This document shows positions 46,794 through 57,474 of a stretch of DNA of 64,000 nucleotides, in pieces (the stretch's first letter is position 1; each line of letters begins with the position of its first letter). Under the pieces are notes generated by a model that worked only from the letters and a program-made list of their open reading frames with translations, was not told the DNA's origin and made no database searches. A program made the position numbers and the translations under genes. Origin of the DNA: a virus; IMG/VR virus record IMGVR_UViG_3300028549_001461, positions 1 to 64,000 of that record; one strand, 5' to 3'.

Positions 46794-49406
46794 ATGGCAC
46801 AAGAGAACTTAAGTTTAACACAGCCTAATTTTTGTATAGCACCTTTAATAGGCACTTTTGCTACTATAGATACAAGTAATAGTGCTTCTCAGTTACTTAT
46901 TAAAAATAGTACTGGTATAACTACAGTTGCATATACATTAAATCCAAGTTTACCACAAAATACTACTGTTTACTATTTTGATTACTTAGGTCCTAGAAAC
47001 TTGAATTCATTACAATCTGATATGCCTTTTATAACTATGGAGAGCAATTTAGTTTCTGGAGTACAAATTAAAAAATGGCATTTAGACCTTGATAATACTA
47101 GATTAAATTTAGAGAGTAATTTACAGGTCAACTCAAGTGGTTTTGATAGTATAGTTAGTAAGTCTATGGCTATAAATAGATTTTATACAACTCTTAATGC
47201 AACTAGTGATATAGGTACTGGTTTTGTAAGACTTTCCAGTGTAAACGACACTGTTATATCTGGTACAAAAATGTATCTAGGGCCTAGTTCTAATACTTCT
47301 TTTTTAGGTGCTTTTGAAGAAGTTACAATAACGTCTGTTTCTGGTACGTATGTTACAATCAGTTCTTCTCATGGTATACCACCTTTCAGTTATTTTAATT
47401 CAGGGGACCCTATAACTTGTGTTAGTGATATATATTTATTCAGTGATGTAGGTTTCTCAGCTGACAACACAAAAGGAGCCTTACTAGTATTGGATAGTAA
47501 TACTGGAAGTGTTTTAAGAAGAGATAATAATGCCTTATATAATAAAGTTACTACTGCTAATTACGGTACACCTTTTAGCAATACCGTAGCGTTAGTTAAA
47601 AATTCACAACTTCTTTACGTAGATATAAATGATTTCTCAATTGTAAGATCTATTAGATTAAATGTTACAAAACCTTTTAGTAATACTTGTCTTGTAGTTA
47701 GTAGTATAGCTCTTACATCTTCAAATATATTTAGGCTTCAAGGTGATAAAATTTTTAGAGATGATGACGGTTCTTATTCTACTATTGATTGGTCTACATA
47801 TAATTATCATGAAGATTTTGTAACGCGTTATTCAGATTGTATTAGTTTATCCACGAGTACCTTTACTTTGTCTAATCAAGAAACAATACTTATCACAGCA
47901 GTAGTTACAGACCAGTATGGTATGGGTATTTCTGGTAAAACTGTTAAGTTTTCAAAAGAATACGGAGATATGATAGGTGTTTGGGGTAATGTAAACTCCG
48001 AGGCTACCACAGATATAAATGGGATTGGTACTATAACTTATACAAGCGGTTGGTATAATCCTGCTTTTTTTACTTCAGCTAAAGAGGATATAAAGATATT
48101 TGCCAAAACCGATGGTTCTAGTATACTGATGGGAAGTATTTATATAGGGGCCTTTTTAATTTTAAAATTGAATGCTAAGTTTTTATTAGATCATCCTAGT
48201 GTCTCTGGCCTTGGTGTTAATTTAATTACACAAAAAATAAACTCTAAAGCTTCTGGATATGACCTTATACAACGTGAGAAGAGGACTTCTACGTTTGTTT
48301 TGAGAAGTTTGAGTAAATTTAAAATGCCAGGCGGCCATGTAGGTTTTGAATCCTTACCCCAGGCTCCAATTATTAAACAATTACGCAGTGTTGATTGCGA
48401 AATGGAGATTGTACAAGAATTAGAATTTTCAGGTACTTCTAAATTTAAGCAACTTATAGACTACGAAGGTAACTGTGCAGTAAGTCAGACGTTAGTTAGT
48501 AGACATTTACCTGTAGGTAGCAACACAGACACAGTTTTTATTGCACAATTTAAATTTCTTATTGATGCTGTCCCTGTTCCTTTTTCAAGTAAAAATAATG
48601 TCAATTCCACCATCTGGTTAAGATTAGCTCCGTATGGCTTTGACTTAGATAAAAATACATTAGTTTTTAAAGTCAGAGAAGTATCTTATGCTGGAGACAC
48701 TGGTTTTATAGATTTTGTTGGTACACCTTATCTACAGGTATTTGAGTTCGACGCTGGTGGTGGTTTAGTTGGTTTAGAGATTTTATACACACCTTTAGAA
48801 TATTTTCATAATGATGCTATAGTTTATGTGTACTTAGAAATATACGATGTAGCTTTGCCGCCTAATAGAATAGAATTTGATTATTGGTTTGCGGTTATAC
48901 CAGACTATAAATCACCCTATATAATAAATGAATTGCCGCAAAGAGATTCGATAAACATTGATATAACTACCGATATTACTTTTGATATAATTGATAATGA
49001 AGTAGGTGTAAATATAACTTCTTTAGAAATATACATAAATAATAGAGAAAAAACTTTTATTTACATCCCCATAGATGGTGGTTACAGAGTAGTGTTTTTC
49101 AATGATTATACTTTTTACTATGGCCAAACTATAGAGATAGCTGTATTTGTTGAAGACTCTTCAGGTCAAAGTAATCCTTTATACGATATGTGGAAATTTA
49201 AGTTAATACATAGCGACCCGCCATATGTAGATGCAGAGAGTTTCTATCCAACAACTTGTTCCAGAGGTTTGCCTACAAGAACCACTAAAGTAATTTTTAA
49301 TGTTTTTGACGAGAATACAGGAATAGACGTATCTAGTATTGGTTTAATTGTTGATAATATTACTCGTATTTTTAAAGTAACTCCTATAGTTAAGAGACTA
49401 CAATAA
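46794..49406 (+). CDS. Tail appendage protein, paralog 3 (Big-1-like plus extra Ig-like domains)
   Basis: 870 aa; ITAVVTDQYGMGISGKTVKFS...TTDINGIGTITYTSG; repeated C-terminal PYI...TFDI.D...GV units. Confidence 0.6.
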   Translation: MAQENLSLTQPNFCIAPLIGTFATIDTSNSASQLLIKNSTGITTVAYTLNPSLPQNTTVYYFDYLGPRNLNSLQSDMPFITMESNLVSGVQIKKWHLDLDNTRLNLESNLQVNSSGFDSIVSKSMAINRFYTTLNATSDIGTGFVRLSSVNDTVISGTKMYLGPSSNTSFLGAFEEVTITSVSGTYVTISSSHGIPPFSYFNSGDPITCVSDIYLFSDVGFSADNTKGALLVLDSNTGSVLRRDNNALYNKVTTANYGTPFSNTVALVKNSQLLYVDINDFSIVRSIRLNVTKPFSNTCLVVSSIALTSSNIFRLQGDKIFRDDDGSYSTIDWSTYNYHEDFVTRYSDCISLSTSTFTLSNQETILITAVVTDQYGMGISGKTVKFSKEYGDMIGVWGNVNSEATTDINGIGTITYTSGWYNPAFFTSAKEDIKIFAKTDGSSILMGSIYIGAFLILKLNAKFLLDHPSVSGLGVNLITQKINSKASGYDLIQREKRTSTFVLRSLSKFKMPGGHVGFESLPQAPIIKQLRSVDCEMEIVQELEFSGTSKFKQLIDYEGNCAVSQTLVSRHLPVGSNTDTVFIAQFKFLIDAVPVPFSSKNNVNSTIWLRLAPYGFDLDKNTLVFKVREVSYAGDTGFIDFVGTPYLQVFEFDAGGGLVGLEILYTPLEYFHNDAIVYVYLEIYDVALPPNRIEFDYWFAVIPDYKSPYIINELPQRDSINIDITTDITFDIIDNEVGVNITSLEIYINNREKTFIYIPIDGGYRVVFFNDYTFYYGQTIEIAVFVEDSSGQSNPLYDMWKFKLIHSDPPYVDAESFYPTTCSRGLPTRTTKVIFNVFDENTGIDVSSIGLIVDNITRIFKVTPIVKRLQ

Positions 49407-49440
49407 ATAATCTAACTATGAAATTATATACAAGATAAAT

Positions 49441-50052
49441 ATGAGCTTATACATAACTAATTTTTCTATACCCGAAGGAGAGACACAATATTTTACTTCT
49501 TTAGTTGATTTTTCAGTAGATATTACGGACGATTTGTATGATGTAACTACTTCGGGAACATATGTTTTAGTTAATAGTAATATACCTGACTATAGTTTGA
49601 CAAGTATATTTGGTGGATATAGACTTTCAAGTTCTGTTGTCCCTAGTGGGATCACAGATATAAAAGTTTTCGCACAAAACACAAATAATGATTTTTTAAA
49701 TGATACTTTTGTAATACAAAATGGATTTGAAATTGTTTGGGAGGAAGTATCTTATTGGGGACCAGATAAAGAAGTACCAATATCGGTTATAGTTAGCAAT
49801 ACTGTTGAGGCTCCAGGTACTAATTATTTCTCTACTTTTTTTAAAACAACACATTACAGAGAACTTAATTTAGAAGCAACTATAGCAGCAAATGGTTCTG
49901 GATATAATGAACTTGGTTGTTATATAAAACCTCAAAATAAATATTTTATGTACGGTAAAAATTTTACAGTAACTGTGTCAGGTGTGAAAGATTTTAGTGG
50001 TAATATAACCCCACCTAAAACGTATAGCTTTAAAATAGAAGAAAAAATGTAG
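49441..50052 (+). CDS. Ig-like putative virion protein
   Basis: 203 aa; C-terminal YGKNFTVTVSGVKDFSGN...YSFKI resembles Big-5-type Ig domains. Confidence 0.55.
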   Translation: MSLYITNFSIPEGETQYFTSLVDFSVDITDDLYDVTTSGTYVLVNSNIPDYSLTSIFGGYRLSSSVVPSGITDIKVFAQNTNNDFLNDTFVIQNGFEIVWEEVSYWGPDKEVPISVIVSNTVEAPGTNYFSTFFKTTHYRELNLEATIAANGSGYNELGCYIKPQNKYFMYGKNFTVTVSGVKDFSGNITPPKTYSFKIEEKM

Positions 50053-50081
50053 TTTATTAATTATACATAGGAGAAAAATAT

Positions 50082-51632
50082 ATGGCTGCAATAACAAGAT
50101 GGGTACAATACGACCCTTCAGCAAATGGTACTATAGGTATGGGAAGAGGTGCTGGTTGTAAAGGTAAAAGAGGTTACTCTGTGGGTACTTCTAGTGTTAC
50201 TGACGTTTTTACTATAGGACCGACTACAAATAAATTATACATGAGTGTGGATGGAGATCCTGGTCCATACATTACGTTGTACTCAGGTACTGGTTTAGAC
50301 CCAAGATTTGTAGCAAAAGACATAACTGAGAAGATGCGTAACTTGGGCAAGAACGATGAAAGATGGAACAATGCAATATGTAGTTGGGAAAACACCCCCG
50401 ATCAAGGTAACAGATTTAAAATATATTCTGGCACTTTAGGTGTAGCTTCTTCTGTAGCAGTATCTACTGTAGGTTCAGAAAGCGCCCACGCTGTTCTAGG
50501 ATTTTCAACTGTCTCAGAAGTAGGCGGTGCAGCTTCTACAAACAATTTTCAAGGTACTGTTAACATCACTGGTACTTATAGAGGAATGGAACCTGAAGTT
50601 TATAAAGTAGTTATAACAAACGATAACGATGCTCCAAGAGGTATTGGTACACCTGTAAAAAATATAGCCTATGACGGTGTAATGACCACTGGTGGTGTTT
50701 ATAATCACACAAGTGATACTACCTACACAGTTACTATAAATGTAACTAACGGTACTACTATGGCTGGTGGTTCGGGCAATGTACCTACAATGACTTGGAC
50801 AGCCTCACCTTCTGTGGATGATTCATCTGTTTCTACAGAGTTATTATACCCTGGTTATTGGTATAACGTTGGAACAAGGGGGTTAATGGTTAAATTTACT
50901 GATGCTGTATTTACAGCTGGTTACTGGACAGTTCCATGTTACAAGCCTGATTACACCAGTGGTACAAATGTTACAGACGCCCCCGGTAATGCCATCATGT
51001 CTTATAGTTCTACTAGGGGAGATATGGGTGCTGGAGTAGTGACACCTGTTTCAGGTACAACTACTAATTTAGGTAGCCGTGGTTTAAACATAGGTTTTGT
51101 ACCAAATGATGGTGCTGATTATTTAGGTATACGAGATGAATTCTATGTAATGTGTCATGGACCAAAACCACTAAATTACAATATATCCAGTATAAATTTT
51201 GGTAATGTCACTGTATCTACTGAATCAACAGTAAGATGTGTAACCTTTGAAATTGAATCGGGTGCTTATCAACTAAGTTCCGTAAAATTTGGTTTGCAGA
51301 GTCATGGGTCTTTTCAACATCATTATGCCGGTAATAGTGATACGATGTTTCGTTTTGGTACTGTTGGTCCAGGAAATAAAGCTGGATCTGGCGTAGAAAA
51401 TGGTGTAGAATGGTATTCTGGAATTTCTTCTGGGGATATAGATAGTGATATAGCTCCTACATATCTTTATTCTACAAAAGCTAATTTAGCTGTTGTAGCT
51501 ACTGCTGATGACTCACAAGCTGTAGGTAACACTTTCCTAGTGGCAGACCCGGTATGGTTTAATATAAAATTAGGTAGTTCAGAAACAGGAGCAAGTACCT
51601 GTAATTATAGAACTTTTTTTGATTATTCATGA
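50082..51632 (+). CDS. Putative virion structural protein
   Basis: 516 aa, AGGAG SD, G/T/S-rich beta protein with internal repeats. Confidence 0.6.
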   Translation: MAAITRWVQYDPSANGTIGMGRGAGCKGKRGYSVGTSSVTDVFTIGPTTNKLYMSVDGDPGPYITLYSGTGLDPRFVAKDITEKMRNLGKNDERWNNAICSWENTPDQGNRFKIYSGTLGVASSVAVSTVGSESAHAVLGFSTVSEVGGAASTNNFQGTVNITGTYRGMEPEVYKVVITNDNDAPRGIGTPVKNIAYDGVMTTGGVYNHTSDTTYTVTINVTNGTTMAGGSGNVPTMTWTASPSVDDSSVSTELLYPGYWYNVGTRGLMVKFTDAVFTAGYWTVPCYKPDYTSGTNVTDAPGNAIMSYSSTRGDMGAGVVTPVSGTTTNLGSRGLNIGFVPNDGADYLGIRDEFYVMCHGPKPLNYNISSINFGNVTVSTESTVRCVTFEIESGAYQLSSVKFGLQSHGSFQHHYAGNSDTMFRFGTVGPGNKAGSGVENGVEWYSGISSGDIDSDIAPTYLYSTKANLAVVATADDSQAVGNTFLVADPVWFNIKLGSSETGASTCNYRTFFDYS

Positions 51633-51668
51633 CCTAACTACTTGAAATGTCTAAAAATATTTAGGGAC

Positions 51669-51709
51669 AGTCTCGACGGAGATTGAGAAGGTGCCTATTA
51701 CACCTTCTC
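51669..51709 (+). promoter_or_regulatory. Tandem hairpins in intergenic region
   Basis: AGTCTC-GACG-GAGATT directly followed by GAGAAGGTG-CCTATTA-CACCTTCTC; no U-tract directly after. Confidence 0.5.
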
Positions 51710-51746
51710 TAACCATATGTTTTATAACTTTAATAGGGAGTATAAA

Positions 51747-51791
51747 ATGGTTAACGACTATAAAGTAAAAGTATTTAGGAATACAAAGTAA
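51747..51791 (+). CDS. Possible 14-aa leader peptide (MVNDYKVKVFRNTK)
   Basis: GGGAG SD 6 nt before the ATG; its TAA overlaps the next ATG (TAATG). Confidence 0.35.
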   Translation: MVNDYKVKVFRNTK

Positions 51792-54700
51792 TGGCTTATA
51801 CAAGAAATCCCAGACCTATAAATAGGTGTCAATATTGGGTTGAAAAAGAACCTATTCAGTGTGTTTATTGGGATAAGGATAGAACTGTTTGTATTTTTGA
51901 AAAAGAAGTAAAAACTAAATACAATAACATAGAAACTGTCTTTACACAGCGTGGTGACTTATACCCATTCTGTAATTATATCGGCACTGCAAAATTTACT
52001 TGTACTAAATATGCTGTTGTTTTACCACCAGAAGATGGTGAAGAACCAGCAGATCCTCCTGAAGAAGTCATAGCTCCTCGTTGTGTTTTACCAGACCCTT
52101 ATAGACATAAATCCAAGTCTCCTAATTGTACTAAGTGGGTAGTTCCTAAGATGTTTACTCCTACTGAAACTGGAGGACCACCTGAAGAATTAGAACCAAT
52201 GGACTATTCTGGTATTACTGGTTATAATGAGGGTGCTTGTAATTTTAAAAAGGGCGATGATAAGACTGGTGGAACTGACGTAGCTTGTGAAGGATTTGCA
52301 CCGCATCATTTAGGTTTTGGCATCGTACCTTTTCAAGATTTATGTACTATTAGTGGAGTTACTGCTAGCGGCACTATTAATAAAGTAGCAGGTTTTCCAA
52401 GCGGGCCGAATAAACCCATGAATTACGATGTCCTAAATTTAAGAGCCTTATTAGGTAGATGTAGATGGTGGGATAGTGATGACTATCTATTTGTTTTAGA
52501 ACAAGATGAAGATGGTAAGCTTACTATTGTTCCTCCAGATTTTAAATGTACTAATACAAGTCCATTAGTTACACCATTTGCAAACTTTTTTAATGACAAA
52601 GAAAATTTATACACCAGACCACCTTGTAACGGTGCCATGCCGGACTGCCCTAAGTATACAGGTAACTTGGCTTCTTCTGGTTTTATGCCTTATTTAAGTA
52701 GTATATATCTAAGATCTGGTGATAAAGTTTTAGCAGAGCAGATATTAGAAATTAGATATAATATTAGAAAAGATACTTGGGATGTAGAAGATTATAAAAC
52801 ATACTTTGGTTTAGAAGCAATACTTTACGCTAATGAAGGATCCCCACCAACTATTGTGTATAAAGGCGCTGTTATAAAAGATTACAGTCTAAAGGCTATT
52901 AAAACTGAAATAGATAATTTTCTATGTTTTTCCATTAAAAAAACACAGGTACTTCTTACTAAAGGTACTACTGCAGACTCACTTCTTCCAAAATTTCCTA
53001 CTTTAATAAAGGAATTAAAAAATATTTTATTAGAGCCTATTATTAGGTCTATATTTGACACTGAGTATAATTATACAAAAACTGACATTGTCAGTAAAAG
53101 TAATGAAGAACGCATATTTGAAACGGCTTTATCAGATCATGAAGAATTATTAATAATTGGTGAATACTTTGGTAATAACTCAAACTTGTTTGCTATAAAT
53201 ATAGACGACCCAAGTATGGATTTTCCATTTAATAACCTCATAAAATGCAAGAACATGTATGAGTATAAGGAGCTTTTTGGAAAAGTTATAGAAGATAAAA
53301 ATCTTGCACAGAGTCAGTTCGAAGTTGCCCACAGAAACTTAGCTTGTTACTTTAAATTATTAAGAGAAATATCCTCTGATAAAATGTATTTTAATGAGTG
53401 GTCAACTTCTTGCGCAGCTTTTTCTATAGGCGTTAAAACTTTTTTTGGAAGAAATAGGATTTTTGTTTTTGATACAAGTACAGATATCTATACTTTTGCA
53501 GCCATAACAGTTAGAAAAATATTTTGTGGGGGTTTAGTTGCACAAACAGCTTTTGAGGTTTCAACAGAACAAAAAGAAATGAGTTCATTGTTCGATTTTG
53601 AAATGCAAACATGCTTTCCTGCTTTCTCGCCTAAAATAAAATATGAATTTAAGCCTTTTAAAAGTTCAGATAATAAAGTTGGGGCTCTACCTTATCATAC
53701 TTATTTAGATACAAGGGTAATAGTGCCTCCTGGAGGTACTTCTACATTTAGTGAAACTTCTACTTATTTTCTAGGTTATAAATTATATAAAATAAAAGTC
53801 ATGGAGCCTTTTGTTATAGATTCCTCTTGTGATGACGAAGAAGATGGTAGACTTGTTTTTTTAGGAAATGAGGGTCATGTACTTGTTTACATAAATGATA
53901 AATTTAAACTTCATTCAGTAATTCGTAATTGGGACAGCGGTGAAGTTAATGACGCTGGTGATCCTATAGCTATGACTTTTTTCTTAAAAGGTAAAAATTG
54001 CAATGAGGAAGATGTATCTATTGAAATGGTAATATTGGAACAAAGTTCAAAAAGATTAGAAGTAAATCAGATAATACTAAAACCTAAAAATACAAATACT
54101 TATGTTAGAGTATACGACCCTTTTATTGAATTTAAATATGGTTTATATATTTATGAACGTTGGAGTTTTGAAAGAACACCTCCTAAAAATTACGAGGAGA
54201 TAAGAGACAATTACCCAGATAAAGATGTTAACGTAATTGTAGCTGCTGCTGCTCTTGAAGGAAGTCTATCCTCAGGTGATTATACAATAACTTCTTTACC
54301 AACTACACCTATAGTTGCAGCTATTATGTTTAAGGGTGCTAATTCTGGTAGAATAAAAGGACAAGTTAAGTCTGACCTACTTGTTTGGATAAAAAAACCT
54401 TTCTGCAGTGATGTTGAGATTATGTACTCTTGGCAAGCTAATTATCAAGAAACATTATTACTACCTAATGGTTACTGTTTTGTTGCCCATATAGACACCA
54501 GAAAAATAAAAACTTATGTTGGTGGTAGTGCTCCTAGATGTGGTGACCATCAGTTTGGTAGATATACTACTCGACCAAACCCGATGTGGTACCCTTATAA
54601 CGCTTGTGATAGGTATGCTGTTTATGGCTTAGCCAGTGGAAATTATGAAAACGATAATAGCGCTCCCATGGAATTTTGGACAAATAGTGTAGGTAGACCA

Positions 54701-57463
54701 GACTTTGCTAATACGACACATGGTTCAGATGATTTAAGAATGTTAGGTCCTTCAAAACATTACGGTTATACAGTAGATGCTCATGCAAGAATATGGGCGT
54801 GTAGTTGTGACTACACATATCATAATAGTGATATGATATCTACACCTTGGTTTGCCGGTTGGGCCAGAATAAGAGGTGGTATAGAAGGTGAGGCTTATTA
54901 TTACTTAGTTCAAAATGGTGGTACATCACCTAAATTTGGTAATAAACATAGACCTTACCTGCTGAGCTATAGGTCTAATGCAGCTATGCATTATCAACTT
55001 GTAAACGACTCTGGTGGTGTGTCTATACATAAAAAATGGATGCCTTCTTATGAAGCTTTTTCGGATCTTGGTTTAAGAGAAGTATTTAAAGAATCTCTAT
55101 GGAAGAACTATTTTAACGAATCAGATAATTTTTCTTTATATTATAGTCAACTTGGTCTTCTAAAAGCGAGTTCTACAGTTAATAAAATACCAGTAAATGA
55201 GAAGTTAGTAAGAGAAACAAGTGATGATACTAACACTAAATTAAAACGATATAGCTTTGATGAAGTATTTATTCCTCATTTTCTTTATAATGCTTTAGCT
55301 TACCCAGAACCTCGTAAAGTTTATTATAGAGGGAAAGATAATCCTAAACCAATAACTGCTTGGCTTACTTACAAAGATTACTCAGACGTATCTGAAAAAT
55401 CTACTTTTTCAAGAGATTTTGGTGGAGGAGGTGCCAGCGGTGATTGGGACGTACCTTCCCCAGGGTCTTCCCCTATAGACTTTCAAGAAAGCGCTGGTAA
55501 AGCTATACAGTGGGCTTGGAGAGAACAATGGTCACCTTTAGAAAGAGAACTTCTTGACATAAGAAATATTTTAAGAGACCTACCTTTAGATACTTGTAAC
55601 ACAGTAGTTGTGCATTCTAATTACTTAAGTTTTTTGAATATCTATTATTTAAACTATACATATGATTTTAGATTAAAAGAATATCGTCGTATCCCTTTAG
55701 AAGGATTAATAAAAATTAGCTGGGAACCCTCAGTTTATGAAAAAGAGGGCGATGAAGAAACTTCTTCAAAAAACAAACCACCAGTTCATTTCTTAGTACG
55801 TTTAAATAATGGTCCAGCTAGAGTTTTAAATACTAAGTTAGAAGTAATAACTGAAGCTTCTGATTTAGAGGAAGGTATAGAATTTAAATCTTTGTCAAGA
55901 TCTGAGACTGTTAGTCATATTGAATTTTATAAAATATGCTCATCTTCTTTTTGGATAAATAGTGCTACTAGTGTTACAGATTTAGAAACAATGTCTCTTG
56001 CTACTAAAGCAACAAGTGGTTTTATATTATACGACCCTGAGACTGAAGTGGTTAGCTCGGAAGATGCTGCAAAAGAAAAAGCCGATTTAGCTGAAAGAAA
56101 AGTTGCCTATTACGAGGATGGCGAAGAAAAATATTTATATTTTAACAGAGGGTTATATTTAAATATAAATGACGCCATGACTAAGTATGTACCAAAGAAA
56201 CTTGAAATTATTAAATTACCTTACGAAATAAAACTTTCAAGACCCTCGAACGACGATACAGACTACTCTATCATAGATACAAATTTATTTTATCCCGCTA
56301 TGGAATCTTTTGGTATAAAATATATATTTCAAGCAGAAACAGTTACTATAATATTCAAATTTGAAAATCCAGTGAATGTAGGGCAATTGGATATAGTTTA
56401 TTTTAAAGGTCTGGAAAGAGAGGAAGTTACAATAGATGAAAAGGTTTTCGATTTTATAAACTACTATCATATACCAGAAGTTACTTTAAGTAGATCAACT
56501 GATGGTGTTACCTTTACAGAAGTGCAAAATTTCCCATTCGAATCTGCCGATACTACTACAGAGAAGGAATTTTCTGTAAAATACTATAACATAACAAATA
56601 TAGACCAGCAATACATGTCAGAACCAAGTACACATTTCAGTGTTACTTTTAATTTTTCAGAAGATAAAGTTACCTTTACTAATGAACCAGCTAAATTTTT
56701 TCATTTTATTTATATTGAAACTATTAAGTTGCATAGTATTCATTATACAGAACAAGAGGAATACGTACAGATACATGAAAGAAAATATCATATTTCTGTA
56801 GGATCTTATGGTACTTATCCTGTCCATGGTTTTGAAGATCAGGGTTCTTTACTATATCCTAGTATTTCTGAACTATCTACATTATACCAATATGATACTT
56901 CTTATGGTATGGCTGGTATGTCAGATAGTGCTGGAGATTTTACTTCTGGTGGCAAAACAAGGGATAGAATAGCAAGACCTATACAAGTAGATATGACACC
57001 TTTAGAGGGGTCTTACTTAGATTTTGAAGCTAAACAAAAAGAGCTATATGATGATATAGCTTTGTCAGGTTCAGACACTATAACTTTTACTTCGGTTACT
57101 TCTGAGATTTTTAAAGAAACTATGAGTACTATAGGAGTTACTACTTTTCCAGAATGGACTTGTGAATTTAAAAATAATCTAATGATTCCTTTAATGCCAG
57201 TTAAAGAAAAAGAATTGTACTACCCTGAAGGGCATAATTGGACTTGGGATACAAAGAGTTTTAAGGATGTTTTTAATTGCGGAGGTGGTGGTTTAAGAAG
57301 AATGGCTACTACTTTCGCTTATAAATGGGGTAGGGTTTCTGGTATATATGGTTATGTACATGAAAGAGATATTTTTGATTTATACTCTTATGGTTTGTCA
57401 GATGTACTAACAAGAATGGCCAATCCAGCTGAAACTATTGCAGAGAGATTAAATAATTCTTAG
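51791..57463 (+). CDS. Large protein with Cys-rich N-terminus, probably virion-associated
   Basis: 1,890-aa ORF; repeated C-x-[YW]-W and PPCNG...CPKY motifs. Confidence 0.6.
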   Translation: MAYTRNPRPINRCQYWVEKEPIQCVYWDKDRTVCIFEKEVKTKYNNIETVFTQRGDLYPFCNYIGTAKFTCTKYAVVLPPEDGEEPADPPEEVIAPRCVLPDPYRHKSKSPNCTKWVVPKMFTPTETGGPPEELEPMDYSGITGYNEGACNFKKGDDKTGGTDVACEGFAPHHLGFGIVPFQDLCTISGVTASGTINKVAGFPSGPNKPMNYDVLNLRALLGRCRWWDSDDYLFVLEQDEDGKLTIVPPDFKCTNTSPLVTPFANFFNDKENLYTRPPCNGAMPDCPKYTGNLASSGFMPYLSSIYLRSGDKVLAEQILEIRYNIRKDTWDVEDYKTYFGLEAILYANEGSPPTIVYKGAVIKDYSLKAIKTEIDNFLCFSIKKTQVLLTKGTTADSLLPKFPTLIKELKNILLEPIIRSIFDTEYNYTKTDIVSKSNEERIFETALSDHEELLIIGEYFGNNSNLFAINIDDPSMDFPFNNLIKCKNMYEYKELFGKVIEDKNLAQSQFEVAHRNLACYFKLLREISSDKMYFNEWSTSCAAFSIGVKTFFGRNRIFVFDTSTDIYTFAAITVRKIFCGGLVAQTAFEVSTEQKEMSSLFDFEMQTCFPAFSPKIKYEFKPFKSSDNKVGALPYHTYLDTRVIVPPGGTSTFSETSTYFLGYKLYKIKVMEPFVIDSSCDDEEDGRLVFLGNEGHVLVYINDKFKLHSVIRNWDSGEVNDAGDPIAMTFFLKGKNCNEEDVSIEMVILEQSSKRLEVNQIILKPKNTNTYVRVYDPFIEFKYGLYIYERWSFERTPPKNYEEIRDNYPDKDVNVIVAAAALEGSLSSGDYTITSLPTTPIVAAIMFKGANSGRIKGQVKSDLLVWIKKPFCSDVEIMYSWQANYQETLLLPNGYCFVAHIDTRKIKTYVGGSAPRCGDHQFGRYTTRPNPMWYPYNACDRYAVYGLASGNYENDNSAPMEFWTNSVGRPDFANTTHGSDDLRMLGPSKHYGYTVDAHARIWACSCDYTYHNSDMISTPWFAGWARIRGGIEGEAYYYLVQNGGTSPKFGNKHRPYLLSYRSNAAMHYQLVNDSGGVSIHKKWMPSYEAFSDLGLREVFKESLWKNYFNESDNFSLYYSQLGLLKASSTVNKIPVNEKLVRETSDDTNTKLKRYSFDEVFIPHFLYNALAYPEPRKVYYRGKDNPKPITAWLTYKDYSDVSEKSTFSRDFGGGGASGDWDVPSPGSSPIDFQESAGKAIQWAWREQWSPLERELLDIRNILRDLPLDTCNTVVVHSNYLSFLNIYYLNYTYDFRLKEYRRIPLEGLIKISWEPSVYEKEGDEETSSKNKPPVHFLVRLNNGPARVLNTKLEVITEASDLEEGIEFKSLSRSETVSHIEFYKICSSSFWINSATSVTDLETMSLATKATSGFILYDPETEVVSSEDAAKEKADLAERKVAYYEDGEEKYLYFNRGLYLNINDAMTKYVPKKLEIIKLPYEIKLSRPSNDDTDYSIIDTNLFYPAMESFGIKYIFQAETVTIIFKFENPVNVGQLDIVYFKGLEREEVTIDEKVFDFINYYHIPEVTLSRSTDGVTFTEVQNFPFESADTTTEKEFSVKYYNITNIDQQYMSEPSTHFSVTFNFSEDKVTFTNEPAKFFHFIYIETIKLHSIHYTEQEEYVQIHERKYHISVGSYGTYPVHGFEDQGSLLYPSISELSTLYQYDTSYGMAGMSDSAGDFTSGGKTRDRIARPIQVDMTPLEGSYLDFEAKQKELYDDIALSGSDTITFTSVTSEIFKETMSTIGVTTFPEWTCEFKNNLMIPLMPVKEKELYYPEGHNWTWDTKSFKDVFNCGGGGLRRMATTFAYKWGRVSGIYGYVHERDIFDLYSYGLSDVLTRMANPAETIAERLNNS

Positions 57464-57474
57464 GAGGTTTACGT

